This document shows, one piece after another, positions 11,257 to 21,900 of a DNA stretch of 64,000 nt. The stretch lies in assembly GCA_963843525.1 (NCBI GenBank), contig CAWJKM010000003.1:477033-541032 (forward strand), read 5' to 3'. The number at the start of each line of letters is the position of its first letter. The stretch's first letter is position 1. Source of the stretch: Ignavibacteriota bacterium. GTDB taxonomy: Bacteria; Bacteroidota; Ignavibacteria; UBA10030; UBA6906. The notes under the pieces are model-generated. The model saw nothing but the letters and a program-made list of their open reading frames with translations. It was not told the DNA's origin and ran no database searches. A program made the translations under genes and the position numbers.

Positions 11257-12443
11257 TGGCCGCTGCGAACCCGCAAGCAATGTCCTGTCCTGTATGCGGC
11301 ACCGGACCGTTGAAGGAATTTATGAGTCTCACAGGTGTGCCGGTGCACTGCAATGTCCTGTGGCAGACGGCAGAGAAGGCCCTGGCTGCTCCCCGCGGCG
11401 ACCTCAGATTGGGGTTCTGTTCTTCGTGCGGCCATGTCTACAACATGGCGTTCGACCCCGCTTTGATGGAGTATACGCAGTCCTATGAGAATTCGCTGCA
11501 TTTCTCCCCGCGTTTCCAGGCCTATGCGAAAGCGCTGGCCGACCGGCTCATATCGACGTACGCGATTACGGGGAAGGACGTGATCGACATCGGCTGTGGC
11601 AAAGGAGATTTCCTCGCCATGCTCTGTCTGCAGGGGGAAAACAGGGGAGTGGGTTTCGACCCAAGCTATGTGCCGGAATATATGGAGGCGAATGCCGCCG
11701 CAAGAATGGAAATTGTGCGTGATTTCTATTCTCCGCGCTATACGAAATATTCCGCCGATCTTCTCACATGCAGGCATGTGCTTGAGCACATCCAGGCACC
11801 GCGCGATTTCGTCCGGAATGTCCGGGACGCTGTGGGTGACCGCACACAGAGTATTGTGTTTTTCGAGGTTCCCAATGTCCTCTATACGCTCCGCGATCTC
11901 GGGATCTGGGATCTCATCTATGAGCACTGCTCCTACTTCTCACGCTGGTCTCTGGCCAGGGTCTTTTCGGAGGAACGGTTCCAGGTGATCGCCGAGGAAG
12001 AGCTTTACGAGAGCCAGTTCCTGGGCATCGATCTCAAACCCGTGCCGGAAACCCGGAGACCGTCATCCCCCGTGCAACTCGGATCGATGCCGGAGGAAGT
12101 GAATTCATTTGCCAGGCATTACCAGCAGAAAGTGCAACACTGGCAGAAGGTGTTTTCACAGTTGAAAGAAAAAGGGAAACGGGCGGCGGTGTGGGGCGGG
12201 GGGTCAAAAGGGACGATGTTCCTGAACACGCTCAAACCCGGGGAGTCCGTCGCGTGTATGGTAGATATCAACCCGCGAAAGCAGGGGATGTTCGTTGCGG
12301 GAACAGGGTATCCCGTCGTGGGTCCTGATCGACTTGCGGGTATGGACCTGGACACGATTATCGTGATGAATCCGATTTACCGGGAGGAGATCATGACCCA
12401 GGTCGACCAGTTGGGAATTTCAGTCAATATCATGGTCGCTTGA
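11256..12443 (+). CDS. Zinc-ribbon SAM-dependent C-methyltransferase-like protein (paralog 3)
   Basis: CPVCGT…CSSCGH ribbon and …VIDIGCGKGDF… core, clearly paralogous to the preceding gene. Its start overlaps the upstream stop (GTGATGG). Confidence 0.7.
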   Translation: MAAANPQAMSCPVCGTGPLKEFMSLTGVPVHCNVLWQTAEKALAAPRGDLRLGFCSSCGHVYNMAFDPALMEYTQSYENSLHFSPRFQAYAKALADRLISTYAITGKDVIDIGCGKGDFLAMLCLQGENRGVGFDPSYVPEYMEANAAARMEIVRDFYSPRYTKYSADLLTCRHVLEHIQAPRDFVRNVRDAVGDRTQSIVFFEVPNVLYTLRDLGIWDLIYEHCSYFSRWSLARVFSEERFQVIAEEELYESQFLGIDLKPVPETRRPSSPVQLGSMPEEVNSFARHYQQKVQHWQKVFSQLKEKGKRAAVWGGGSKGTMFLNTLKPGESVACMVDINPRKQGMFVAGTGYPVVGPDRLAGMDLDTIIVMNPIYREEIMTQVDQLGISVNIMVA

Positions 12444-13249
12444 TGACGAAGTTTGCCCATTTCATATTGACGGTGTTCAATGTGCGGTTAAGCCACGGCG
12501 GCGAGACTTCCCCCGACAGTGCGTGGCTCGAACATCGGTTCCGCCTGTTTGAAGAGTTCTGTTATCCCTCTGTCCGGGCGCAAACCACGAGCGATTTCAC
12601 CTGGCTGGCTTTCTTCGACACCTCCACGCCGCCGGAATACAAGGACCGGATTGCACAACTGGCAAAGTGGAAACCCTTTGTTCCCTGTTTTGTCAGCGAA
12701 GTGATGTCGGTCGAGTCGTTCGCCGGAATGAAGAAGTCACTGCTCTTCCCCCGCGTTTCACCGGGGACGACGCATTTGATTTCCACGAATCTTGACAATG
12801 ACGATGCACTTCACGCTCGATACGTCGAGACGGTGCAAAAGGAGTTCTCGGGCCAGGATTTCGAATTTGTGAACTTCACCAATGGATATGTGTTCGACAG
12901 GGAACGGGAGAGGCTGTATTTGAGAAGGCATCACTCCAATCCTTTCGCCAGTCTCCTGGAGAGGCTGGAGAACTCAAAAACCGTCTGGTGCGCCCCTCAT
13001 CCCGAATTCTCCAGGATTGGTCCGGTCCGACAGGTGGAAACGGAACCGATGTGGTTCCAGGTGGTCCATGGGCGCAACGTCAGCAACAGCACCGCCGAAG
13101 CGCGCAGAGTCTCATTGGACAGCATCGGACATGGTTTCGATGCGGTGAAGATCATTCCCCGTCGGAGGGAATCACGGTCTTCCCTGGCATTGGAAAACGT
13201 TGCCATCCGCACGCGCGCCGTTCTTTCACGGATCACGGGCCGCCAATAA
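12443..13249 (+). CDS. Putative glycosyltransferase (rhamnosyltransferase-like DUF-type fold)
   Basis: Protein of about 268 aa. N-terminus …FILTVFNVRLSHG…WLEHRFRLFEEFCYPSVRAQT…FTWLAFFD… resembles the 'putative rhamnosyl transferase' family from memory; this is not verified. Confidence 0.45.
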   Translation: MTKFAHFILTVFNVRLSHGGETSPDSAWLEHRFRLFEEFCYPSVRAQTTSDFTWLAFFDTSTPPEYKDRIAQLAKWKPFVPCFVSEVMSVESFAGMKKSLLFPRVSPGTTHLISTNLDNDDALHARYVETVQKEFSGQDFEFVNFTNGYVFDRERERLYLRRHHSNPFASLLERLENSKTVWCAPHPEFSRIGPVRQVETEPMWFQVVHGRNVSNSTAEARRVSLDSIGHGFDAVKIIPRRRESRSSLALENVAIRTRAVLSRITGRQ

Positions 13250-13312
13250 TCGATCCGCGGTCCGGTGTCCCCGGAGTCGCCAGAACGAATTCATTCCTTC
13301 GAGACCAGTTCC

Positions 13313-14404
13313 ATGCTCCGAGTGTTTGCGATCTACCCATCGTTTGATCCACTGATGAACGAGATGGCGATCGTCTGGCATCACCTTGCGGCGGTCGGTG
13401 CTGTTCACTGCACCGTCGTTGCCAAAACGCGTGATGTCCTTAAGGGGTTTTCCTCCGCTGATGGAAACGAGCTCGATGGACATCTCTCAATTCACCGGTT
13501 CACGAAAATTCAAGCTGATCAGGCGCTCCTTTCGATTGCCCGATCGGCGAACCCTGATGTCATTTTCTGTGCGGTTGCTCATAATCTCCCGGTCGCCCTG
13601 GCGGTGGCTCGCGAGATCAGAAAGCCAATCGTTCTCCACACGGAGTTTTTCCTCGACGACGGGTATCTGATCCGAAGGCGGTATCACTTCGGATCCCGGG
13701 CGATTCGACGCGTCGAGGCCAACCTGTATCGGCGATATCTTGCCGGCGCTGTGCGTTTGATCCTTTCTTCCGATCCGCAGGAATTTCGCGATGGACCTTC
13801 CCCGCGATACCCGTCCCTGCGCTATCTTCCATGGCCGTTCTTCGGCCCCGTGCTCCCCGTGGGGTATGCAGAGCGGGACAAGTCGGCCTCGACGTACATA
13901 GGGTCCCTGAGCAAAATAAAAGGAGCAGGGGATCTGGCGCTCTATTGGAGGCATGCCTTGACGGAACTGCCGGATTTCAAGCTCTCCGTCATCGGGACGC
14001 CCGTGGACGCAGTGGGTCGAGCGGCGAGGGAGGAATTTCAAGCGTTGGCGGAGGGTGGGAGGATCGAAATGGTTCTGCATTGCGACCGTGAGGAGGCTAT
14101 GGAACGCATCCGCAGGGCGCTGTTCGTTTTCTCCCCCGGAAAAACATTCGGATGGGGTCTCATTCTGGATGCGTGGGCGACCGGGACCCCGGTGATTTCC
14201 CGCTCACCGCATTTTGATCTCGTTCCAGAGCAGAATTGCCTGATCGCCCGCAGCCCGCAGGAATTCGTTGCAAGCATCAAACGTCTCCGCCAGGATCCTC
14301 TTCTGTGGAAGAGGCTGCAAATGGGCGGACTTCAGAGTCTCCGCCAACACAGTCTTGAAAATGTATCGAATCTCCTTCTCGAATCTCTCCGACTGACAGT
14401 GTGA
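13313..14404 (+). CDS. Glycosyltransferase family 4 (GT1-fold)
   Basis: C-terminal GT1 motifs (…GWGLILDAWATGTPVISRS…). ATG at 13313 preferred over the upstream GTG at 13265. Confidence 0.7.
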   Translation: MLRVFAIYPSFDPLMNEMAIVWHHLAAVGAVHCTVVAKTRDVLKGFSSADGNELDGHLSIHRFTKIQADQALLSIARSANPDVIFCAVAHNLPVALAVAREIRKPIVLHTEFFLDDGYLIRRRYHFGSRAIRRVEANLYRRYLAGAVRLILSSDPQEFRDGPSPRYPSLRYLPWPFFGPVLPVGYAERDKSASTYIGSLSKIKGAGDLALYWRHALTELPDFKLSVIGTPVDAVGRAAREEFQALAEGGRIEMVLHCDREEAMERIRRALFVFSPGKTFGWGLILDAWATGTPVISRSPHFDLVPEQNCLIARSPQEFVASIKRLRQDPLLWKRLQMGGLQSLRQHSLENVSNLLLESLRLTV

Positions 14405-14425
14405 GCAGTGTCCTTCCCCGGTCTT

Positions 14426-15412
14426 TCACTTGATGACCGCCGGCCTCTCCGGCTTCACAACGGTTGCGGAGATGTGAAACTGTTCTGCTGGACGAATCCC
14501 GATGAAGATCCCCTTCGCAATATTCCAGGGGATAAGCACGCGTCGCTTTGCATAAAGCAGGACCTTTCGGGATCCTTTCCAGAGCAGAAGGAAAACCACG
14601 AAGAACCCGATCAAGGTCGCGCCCACCAACGCGGCGACAGGGAATCCAGTTGCTGCGAGAACGATGAGGAGAGCAGGAATTCCCCAGAGCCCCAATTGTT
14701 TCATGAGCTCGCCGGTTTGCAGCCGTATGATCCGCCAGCAAAGCGATGTAAACGGATAACCGCGTATCAGCTGTCCGACCCCCCTGAAGTACCGTGACTT
14801 CTCGTTCACTTCCCCGTGGTCCTGGACCTTTTCCACGTGCATTGCCATGTCGACCGGGATCTTCTCAAGCCGGTAGCCGGCGCTCCGGATTCGAAACCCG
14901 AGTTCCCGTTCTTCTTCCCCCAGCATGTAGGGATTGAAAGTCCCGGCACGTGCGAGCGCCGTCGACCGATACAGGGCCGCCCCCCCGAAGCACTCCACTT
15001 CGCCGGTGGGCGCTGTGTCCTTGCGGACGAAAGGTTCCGGTTCACCCGGCAGGGAACGATGAAGAAACCCTGCGACACCGCCGATCTTCTCATCAGTCAT
15101 CCTCTGCAATGCGGACGCTATCCACCCGGGGAGCATAATCATGTCCCCGTCAAGAAATTGGACGAAGGGTGCCGTGGCATAGGGCGATCCCGCGTACCTG
15201 CCGACACTCGGGGACAACAATGGAGACGGGTCCAATCGGACAATCGTTACCGGGTAGCGGGAAGCTATTGCCACTGTCTGGTCCGTTGATGCGGAATCGA
15301 CGAGGATGAGTTCGACCTGAAGATCTCCCCTGGTAGAGAGAATCGATTCGAGGCAAGGACCGATATTGGCACTCTCGTTCTTCGTAATAATAACGATGCT
15401 TACATCATTCAT
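14426..15412 (-). CDS. Glycosyltransferase family 2 with C-terminal transmembrane segments
   Basis: Only minus-strand gene in the first 47 kb. …VSIVIITKNESANI…LILVDSASTD…FLDGDM… followed by TM helices. The ATG at 15410-15412 gives the canonical GT2 start MNDVSIVII; the ORF track extends to 15625. Confidence 0.75.
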   Translation of the reverse strand: MNDVSIVIITKNESANIGPCLESILSTRGDLQVELILVDSASTDQTVAIASRYPVTIVRLDPSPLLSPSVGRYAGSPYATAPFVQFLDGDMIMLPGWIASALQRMTDEKIGGVAGFLHRSLPGEPEPFVRKDTAPTGEVECFGGAALYRSTALARAGTFNPYMLGEEERELGFRIRSAGYRLEKIPVDMAMHVEKVQDHGEVNEKSRYFRGVGQLIRGYPFTSLCWRIIRLQTGELMKQLGLWGIPALLIVLAATGFPVAALVGATLIGFFVVFLLLWKGSRKVLLYAKRRVLIPWNIAKGIFIGIRPAEQFHISATVVKPERPAVIK

Positions 15413-15766
15413 GAATGTCTCTGCGTTACTGATGTGTGTGCCGCACGACTCGGGCTTCTGAAGTCTCAAAGTAGCAGGGTGGCATGGAAGATGCAACCCG
15501 CGAAAGTCGTCACCGGTGAACAGAGGCGGGTGACCGAAATATCGCAACGTGGCCCCGTGCGCCCTCTTACAGGCGATCCTTTGTAGAAATCTGGAGAACA
15601 ACCATGTAGATGTTTGTGTTTCCACTGTCTACTCCTCGTTCCTTCCTGCTCTCGATCGTGGAATACAAGCCGGAATCCTTCTTTTCCGCCTTCGCTTGCT
15701 TCATGGCATAGGATGTGACCCAAAGCACACGGATTACATCAGCAACAGAAGGGGGCAGAGACTCCA

Positions 15767-18670
15767 ATGAGAGGATTACTCTGGATAGCGGTCATCGTAC
15801 TGATGGTTGTGAATACAGAAAACGGTTTCGGGCAGTCACATCTTTCAGCAGTCTGGGCAGTAGATGATGGAGAGAAAGTTCGGCAGGACGATTTGCAGCA
15901 CTGGGCAAAGAGCAGCGCGAACAACGAGGTCTGGAATGGCAGCAGCATCAGTCTCTTTGGGGCGATAAACGAAGTCGTGGCGTTCCAGGTGATCCTGGAG
16001 GCTGCCGGATCCCCGGCCAGCAATGTCACCGTTGCACTCGATTCGCTGGTGAATGGAAGCGCTGTTATCACAAATTCCGGCGTTGTGGGAGACCCATCGG
16101 ACTTTGTCGGCAAACACGTTGAACTGTTTGTCGAACATTATACAAACGTCACGCAGAGATCTCCGTTCACCGCGGGATACGGACTTCCCAATTCACGCCC
16201 ACTCCCCGATGCGGATTTTCTGGGCATGATGCCTGATGCCCTTGTTCCCTTTGATGCCCCGGTGAAATCGCCTGCACATGGTCAGGGAGGGGCGCCATTC
16301 GGGATTGGTGCGGGGAAGAACCAGGGAGTGTGGGTTGACATTTATATTCCCAAAGATGCCGTCGCGGGCGTCTATGCGGGGACCGTGCGAGTCGTCGAAG
16401 GAGGGGTAACCACCTATCGGCTCCCACTGACATTGAGAGTGTACAATTTCACTCTGCCCGACGAAACCCACCAGCGGAGTTTCTTTTCCTGGGATTCGGA
16501 CCTGTTGACGAATCGTTATGGCATTGCGTGCAACACGCCCGGGTACTGGGATATGTACCGCAAGTTCATGAACATGGCTCACCGCCACCGGATGACCCTG
16601 GTGGATGGGCGAGAAAACCTCGCGACGTTTGAATCCCACCTCGGCGAGTACTATACCGGTGCAGCATATACCGCGCAACATGGCTACGAAGGCCCAGGGA
16701 TGGGGGTAGGGGACAGGACCTATTCCATCGGGACCTATGATCAGCCGAACAATGGATTCATTTCGGGCTTTTCTCCCAACACCAAAGAAGTCTGGCAGGC
16801 TTCGGCGGACGCCTGGGAGCAGTGGTTTCTCGACAACGCCCCTCAGACCCTTCGGTTCAAATATTTTGATGACGAGGGCGATGTGACGAACCCGACGGTC
16901 GTCCAATCGATCCAGGACAAATGCACGTGGATCAAATCGAGTCCGGGCCCGGGGAAGAACCTTCATCGGTTCTTCACGAAGGAGTTCGTTTACAAGGGCT
17001 TCTATGATTACATCGATATCTGGTCGTTGTCTGCCCAGCCGGGCTTGCTGCTCAACGACATGCGAACACGGCGGCCCAGCGGCGATCTCTTTAGCAGTTA
17101 CAATGGAACACGGCCGATGTGGGGGAACATGGAGTTGATCGACGTGTATGCCACGGACAATCGGGTCAATCCATGGATCTGTTGGAAATACGGCGTGGAC
17201 CTCCTGTTTTACTGGACGACATCCTTCTATGCGGAGAACCTGCCTCCGAGTCCGAATGCAAAGAATGTGTGGAACGACAACTTCCTCCCCAGTGGTTCAC
17301 CCTATGGATCGATCAAGGCGTGGGGAGCGGGAATGTTGTTCTACCCCGGCGTGGACGTGCTCTATCCGGACGACTCCCGCGGTGTTCAGGGTCCCATCGG
17401 CTGTGTCAGGATCAAGAATTTCCGCAGGGGGCAGCAAGACTATGAGTACCTCTGGCTTGCCAAAAAGATGGGGATCGACGTCTCCGGTATCGTAAACCAG
17501 ATCGTCCCTCACGCTCTCGACGACTGGGGAGATAGCTATACGAGCAGTGCGGGTTTCAACCAACAGCCAACGTATGCTCAGAAGGGATACCTTTTCGAAA
17601 ATGCCCGTCGGGCGATCGCGCAAATGCTTGATGCCGAATCGGAGGGGGGGACTACTCCGGCCGGTACGATCTCCGTGACTCCTGGCGTTCTCCCCACAGG
17701 TGGTGGAACCGTGACGATCTCCTGGTCTGCGAGTGGAGTGTCCACCGCCCAGATTGACAATGGAATCGGAATTGTCGGGGCGAGCGGAACGAGGTCGCTG
17801 CAGGTGTCGAATACGACGACGTTTACCCTCACCGCCTCCAACGGAACGGATTCCTTGCGCGTTGCAAGCACCGTGAATGTGGAGTCCGGTGCTCCGGACA
17901 CCGCGAATATTGTGTCGAACCCGTCGTTCGAAAGCGGTACTTCACCGTGGGTTTCCTATTCGAACGGCAATGCTTCATTCGAGGCGAAGGGTCCCGGGCG
18001 GGATGGCCATCTCGCCGCGCATCTCAGCATCGCGCAGCCCGGATCAAACGAACAGCTGTACCAGTACGAGCTTGTCCTCGAGCCGAATACGGCATACCGT
18101 CTTGCGTTCTCCGCGTATTCCAACTCGGGAGACAATATGGATGTATCGCTCATCCAACATGTTGCTCCCTATGCGGACTACGGTCTCTCGGCCTCCTCAG
18201 TCGAGTTGGGCACGGGGTGGCAGGACTACACCATCGAGTTTACCACCAGGAATTTTTCGGCACCGGTCGACGATGGACGCCTACGATTCTCGTTTGCGCC
18301 CTACGCGCAGAGCGGGGACGAATACTGGATTGACAATGTCATGCTCCAGGAAGCGGAAACAGCCAGCGGCGTTTCTGCGCAGAGCGGCGGAAAGTCAGGT
18401 CCCTCCAAGTTTGGGCTGAATCAAAACTATCCCAATCCTTTCAATCCGACGACGCAGGTGACGTACACCCTTGCTGCTGCAGAACCCGTGACATTGAAAG
18501 TCTTCGATCCGCTCGGCCGTGAGATCGCGACCTTGGTTGACAGCGAGGAACAACGACCGGGGATGCACAGCGTGCAGTTCGATGGCGCGCACCTCTCGAG
18601 CGGCGCATATTTTTGCCGCCTGATAACTCCGCATTACGCCCAGACGATGAGGATGATGTTAGTTCGATAG
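15767..18670 (+). CDS. Secreted multidomain protein: signal peptide, conserved ~600-aa putative glycoside-hydrolase-like module, Ig-like domain, CBM4/9/22-like module, T9SS type-A C-terminal sorting domain
   Basis: N-terminal signal peptide MRGLLWIAVIVLMVV… is present. A CBM-like region (NPSFESGTSPW…YWIDNVMLQ) follows the conserved module. The C-terminus …NYPNPFNPTT…KVFDPLGREIATLV…SGAYFCRL… matches the Por_Secre_tail pattern. The ~600-aa N-terminal module is assigned as hydrolase-like by inference only. Confidence 0.75.
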   Translation: MRGLLWIAVIVLMVVNTENGFGQSHLSAVWAVDDGEKVRQDDLQHWAKSSANNEVWNGSSISLFGAINEVVAFQVILEAAGSPASNVTVALDSLVNGSAVITNSGVVGDPSDFVGKHVELFVEHYTNVTQRSPFTAGYGLPNSRPLPDADFLGMMPDALVPFDAPVKSPAHGQGGAPFGIGAGKNQGVWVDIYIPKDAVAGVYAGTVRVVEGGVTTYRLPLTLRVYNFTLPDETHQRSFFSWDSDLLTNRYGIACNTPGYWDMYRKFMNMAHRHRMTLVDGRENLATFESHLGEYYTGAAYTAQHGYEGPGMGVGDRTYSIGTYDQPNNGFISGFSPNTKEVWQASADAWEQWFLDNAPQTLRFKYFDDEGDVTNPTVVQSIQDKCTWIKSSPGPGKNLHRFFTKEFVYKGFYDYIDIWSLSAQPGLLLNDMRTRRPSGDLFSSYNGTRPMWGNMELIDVYATDNRVNPWICWKYGVDLLFYWTTSFYAENLPPSPNAKNVWNDNFLPSGSPYGSIKAWGAGMLFYPGVDVLYPDDSRGVQGPIGCVRIKNFRRGQQDYEYLWLAKKMGIDVSGIVNQIVPHALDDWGDSYTSSAGFNQQPTYAQKGYLFENARRAIAQMLDAESEGGTTPAGTISVTPGVLPTGGGTVTISWSASGVSTAQIDNGIGIVGASGTRSLQVSNTTTFTLTASNGTDSLRVASTVNVESGAPDTANIVSNPSFESGTSPWVSYSNGNASFEAKGPGRDGHLAAHLSIAQPGSNEQLYQYELVLEPNTAYRLAFSAYSNSGDNMDVSLIQHVAPYADYGLSASSVELGTGWQDYTIEFTTRNFSAPVDDGRLRFSFAPYAQSGDEYWIDNVMLQEAETASGVSAQSGGKSGPSKFGLNQNYPNPFNPTTQVTYTLAAAEPVTLKVFDPLGREIATLVDSEEQRPGMHSVQFDGAHLSSGAYFCRLITPHYAQTMRMMLVR

Positions 18671-18705
18671 CGCGAAATCTGCTTTCCAGGAATCCCATTG
18701 AATCG

Positions 18706-18743
18706 AAAAAGGAGCCTCATGCTGGTGTGAGGCTCCTTTTTTT
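18706..18743 (+). terminator. Rho-independent terminator
   Basis: Perfect 9-bp stem GGAGCCTCA…TGAGGCTCC with an 8-nt loop, preceded by an A-tract and followed by T7. It lies 36 bp after the stop at 18670. Confidence 0.6.
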
Positions 18744-18881
18744 GAAGGACCTTTTCATTGATTCATACCGTCTGGGAGCTCAGCTCCTGTCCCACATGTC
18801 TCCCAAATCGAACAGCAGGCTCACTAATAGGCAGAATTATCAGATTTTATGATAAACCAAAAATATATTATTCGCAAAAAC

Positions 18882-18916
18882 TATAATCACTTGCTTTTTC
18901 TCTCGAAAAATATAAT
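18882..18916 (+). promoter_or_regulatory. AT-rich putative promoter region with two TATAAT boxes upstream of the second T9SS paralog
   Basis: The 18745-18970 stretch is conspicuously AT-rich in a GC-rich genome. TATAAT occurs at 18882-18887 and at 18911-18916. No experimental support. Confidence 0.3.
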
Positions 18917-18971
18917 TTGTGTGAAGTCAAAAATGTTCTGTCCCTTTAAACCCCGATCTGTGGAATCCCCT

Positions 18972-21900
18972 ATGCGTTTAGTCTGGTATACTGTGCCCAT
19001 TCTTCTGCTTTTTTGTTCCTGCGCGAAGACAGTTGCTCAGCCTGGGGTGACACGAGTCTGGGCCATTGACGACGGAGAAAAAGTCAAGCAGGATGATCTT
19101 ACCAACCCCGCGAAGACAGGGGTGAACAACCCCGTTTGGGACGGCAGTCGCATTACGTTGTTTGGAGCCAAGAATGAGACTGTTGCGTTTCAGTTGATCC
19201 TCGAAGCGTCCGGAACGGGTGCAAGTAATGTCAATGTCGTACTCGACAGTCTGGTGAACGGCACTGCCGTTATCACGAACACCGGGTCGGCTGGACCCTT
19301 TTACTACGTCGGACGCCGGATCGATCTTTTTGTCGAGCACTATACAAATGTGACGCAGCGTTCACCGTACACGGGCGGGTATGGATTCTCGAACGCACGC
19401 GCTCTGCCTGATGATGATTTCCTCGGGTGGATTCCTGATGCACTCGTCCCCTTTGAAGCTCCCGTAAAGTCACCGGCGCACGGACAGGGCGGTGCCCCGT
19501 TCCCCATCCTTGCCGGAAAGACGCAGGCAGTCTGGGTGGATATCTACATCCCGAAGGATGCTGTGGCGGGGACGTACGCAGCCACGGTGCGCGTCACAGA
19601 AGGCGGAAGCACGACCTTCACCATCCCGCTGGCACTCTCAGTGTACAACTTCAGTCTGCCCGACGAAAACCATGCAAAATCTTTTTTCAACTGGGATCTT
19701 GACCTTCTGACCGCACGATACGGAATAACATACGGGAGCCCCGGCTACTGGGACATGTTCCGTAAGTTCATGAATTTTTCGCACCGGCATCGCATTGATC
19801 TGGTGGATGGCCGGGAATCGCTCGATGGTTTTGAATCCCATCTCGCGGAGTACTATACGGGCACTGCTTATACGGCGCAACACGGCTATGATGGCCCCGG
19901 TGTGGGCGTGGGGAACAAAGTCTATTCGATTGGCACCTATGACCAGCCGAACCATGGAGATGTCTCCGGGTTTGCTCCTGCCACTGCATCCGCGTGGCAA
20001 TCTGCAGCCGACGCGTGGGAAGGATGGTTCCAGAGCAATGCACCCGACGTTCTCCGGTTCAAGTATATGGATGACGAAGGGGATGTGAAAAATCCGGCCG
20101 TCGTGCAGCTGATCAAAGACAAGTGTTCATGGATCAAGTCGAGTCCCGGCCCGGGGAAAAACCTGCATCGATTCTTTACGAAAGAATTTGTCTATCAGGG
20201 ATTCTACGACTACATCGACATATGGTCATTGTCAGCGCAACCGGGAATACGGCTCAGCGACCTGAGTGCACGCAAGCCGGCCGGTAACCTCTTCAGTATG
20301 TACAACGGCACCCGGCCGATGTGGGGCAATATGGAGCTCCTCGACAATTATGCGACGGACAGCCGGGTGAACCCCTGGATCTCGTGGAAGTACGGCGTTG
20401 ATCTTTTCTTCTTCTGGATAACTTCGTTTTACGCAGAGAATCTGCCACCCAGCCCCAACGCAAAGAACGTCTGGGATGACAACTACATCCCTGGGGGAAC
20501 CCCCTATGGATCGAATAAAGCGTGGGGCGCAGGGATGGTCTTCTATCCCGGTATCGATGTCCTCTACCCGGCGGATTCCCGCGGCCTCCAGGGGCCCATC
20601 GGATGCATTCGACTGAACAACTACCGGCGCGGTCAACAGGACTATGAATACCTCTGGCTGGCGAAACAGGCAGGGATTGATGTCTCGGCGATGGTTGATA
20701 AAATCGTTCCTCATGCTCTCGATGATTGGGGAGGTTCCTATACCAGCGCCGGCGGGTTCGACCAGCAACCTGTGTATGCAGAGCATGGCTACATTTTCGA
20801 ACAGGTACGTCGCCAACTTGCCGATTCATTGGCAAGCCATGCCGGACAAATCGTGTTTCCACCGACAGGGACGTTTAGTGTGGACCCCACCGTGCTTCCT
20901 GCAGGAGGGGGGACGGTATCCCTCTCGTGGACTTCGTCGCATGCAACTTCTGCAACGATAAACAACGGCGTCGGTTCCGTACCCCTCGCGGATAGTGTGA
21001 AGCTCAACGTCAGTTCTTCGACCTCATACGTACTGACATTAGCCGGTTCCGGAGGGAGCATCCAATACGTTGCGTCCGTCTCCGTGGGAAGCAAACCTGC
21101 GGATCTTTCCGGAAACCTTATTTCCAACCCGGGTTTTGAAGATGGAACGACGGACTGGCTCTCATTTTCCGGCGGGTCCGCCTCCTTTACCATCGCAAGT
21201 CCGAGCATCGATGGATCGAATGCGGGGAACTTGTCCGTGACCTCGACCGGAACAAACATCCAGATCTATCAGTATAATCTTTCCCTGGAACCGGCGACGG
21301 CATACGAATTGACCTTTGCCGCCAAGTGCAATTCGGGTGATTCTATGGACGTGTCCCTCGGGAGACATGATGCGCCATTCACGAACTATGGCCTGGCATC
21401 GCAGCCGGTGAAATTGACGAACTCGTGGGCGGTGTATACCATCGATTTCACCACGAAGAACTTCACCGATATTGTTTCCAATGCGCGACTTCGATTCTCA
21501 TTTGAGGCGCATGCAAAGGCCGGCGATCAATACTGGATCGACAATATCTCGTTGAAAAAGAGGTCCTCGGCGAATCCTCTCCCGGTTACCCTCTCCGTCC
21601 CCCGACTATTGTTCCCTGCAACAGGAACATCGAATCTCTCGCAGGTGGTGGACTTTGTCTGGCACCCGGTGCAAGGGGCGACGGCCTATCAAGTGCAACT
21701 GGCGCTCGATTCGTTGTTCACACGGTTCGTTGTGAATGATTCGACTGTCTCCGACACAGTGCGGCAAGTCCGGGAACTGGCATATTCCACTCGGTACTAT
21801 CTTCGGCTCCGTGCCCTCAGTCCGGCGGGAGTCAGTGCCTACGGATCCACGGCGAGCTTTCTAACGATCCCGGCTCCCCCTTCCGGCACCCTCGCTGCAC

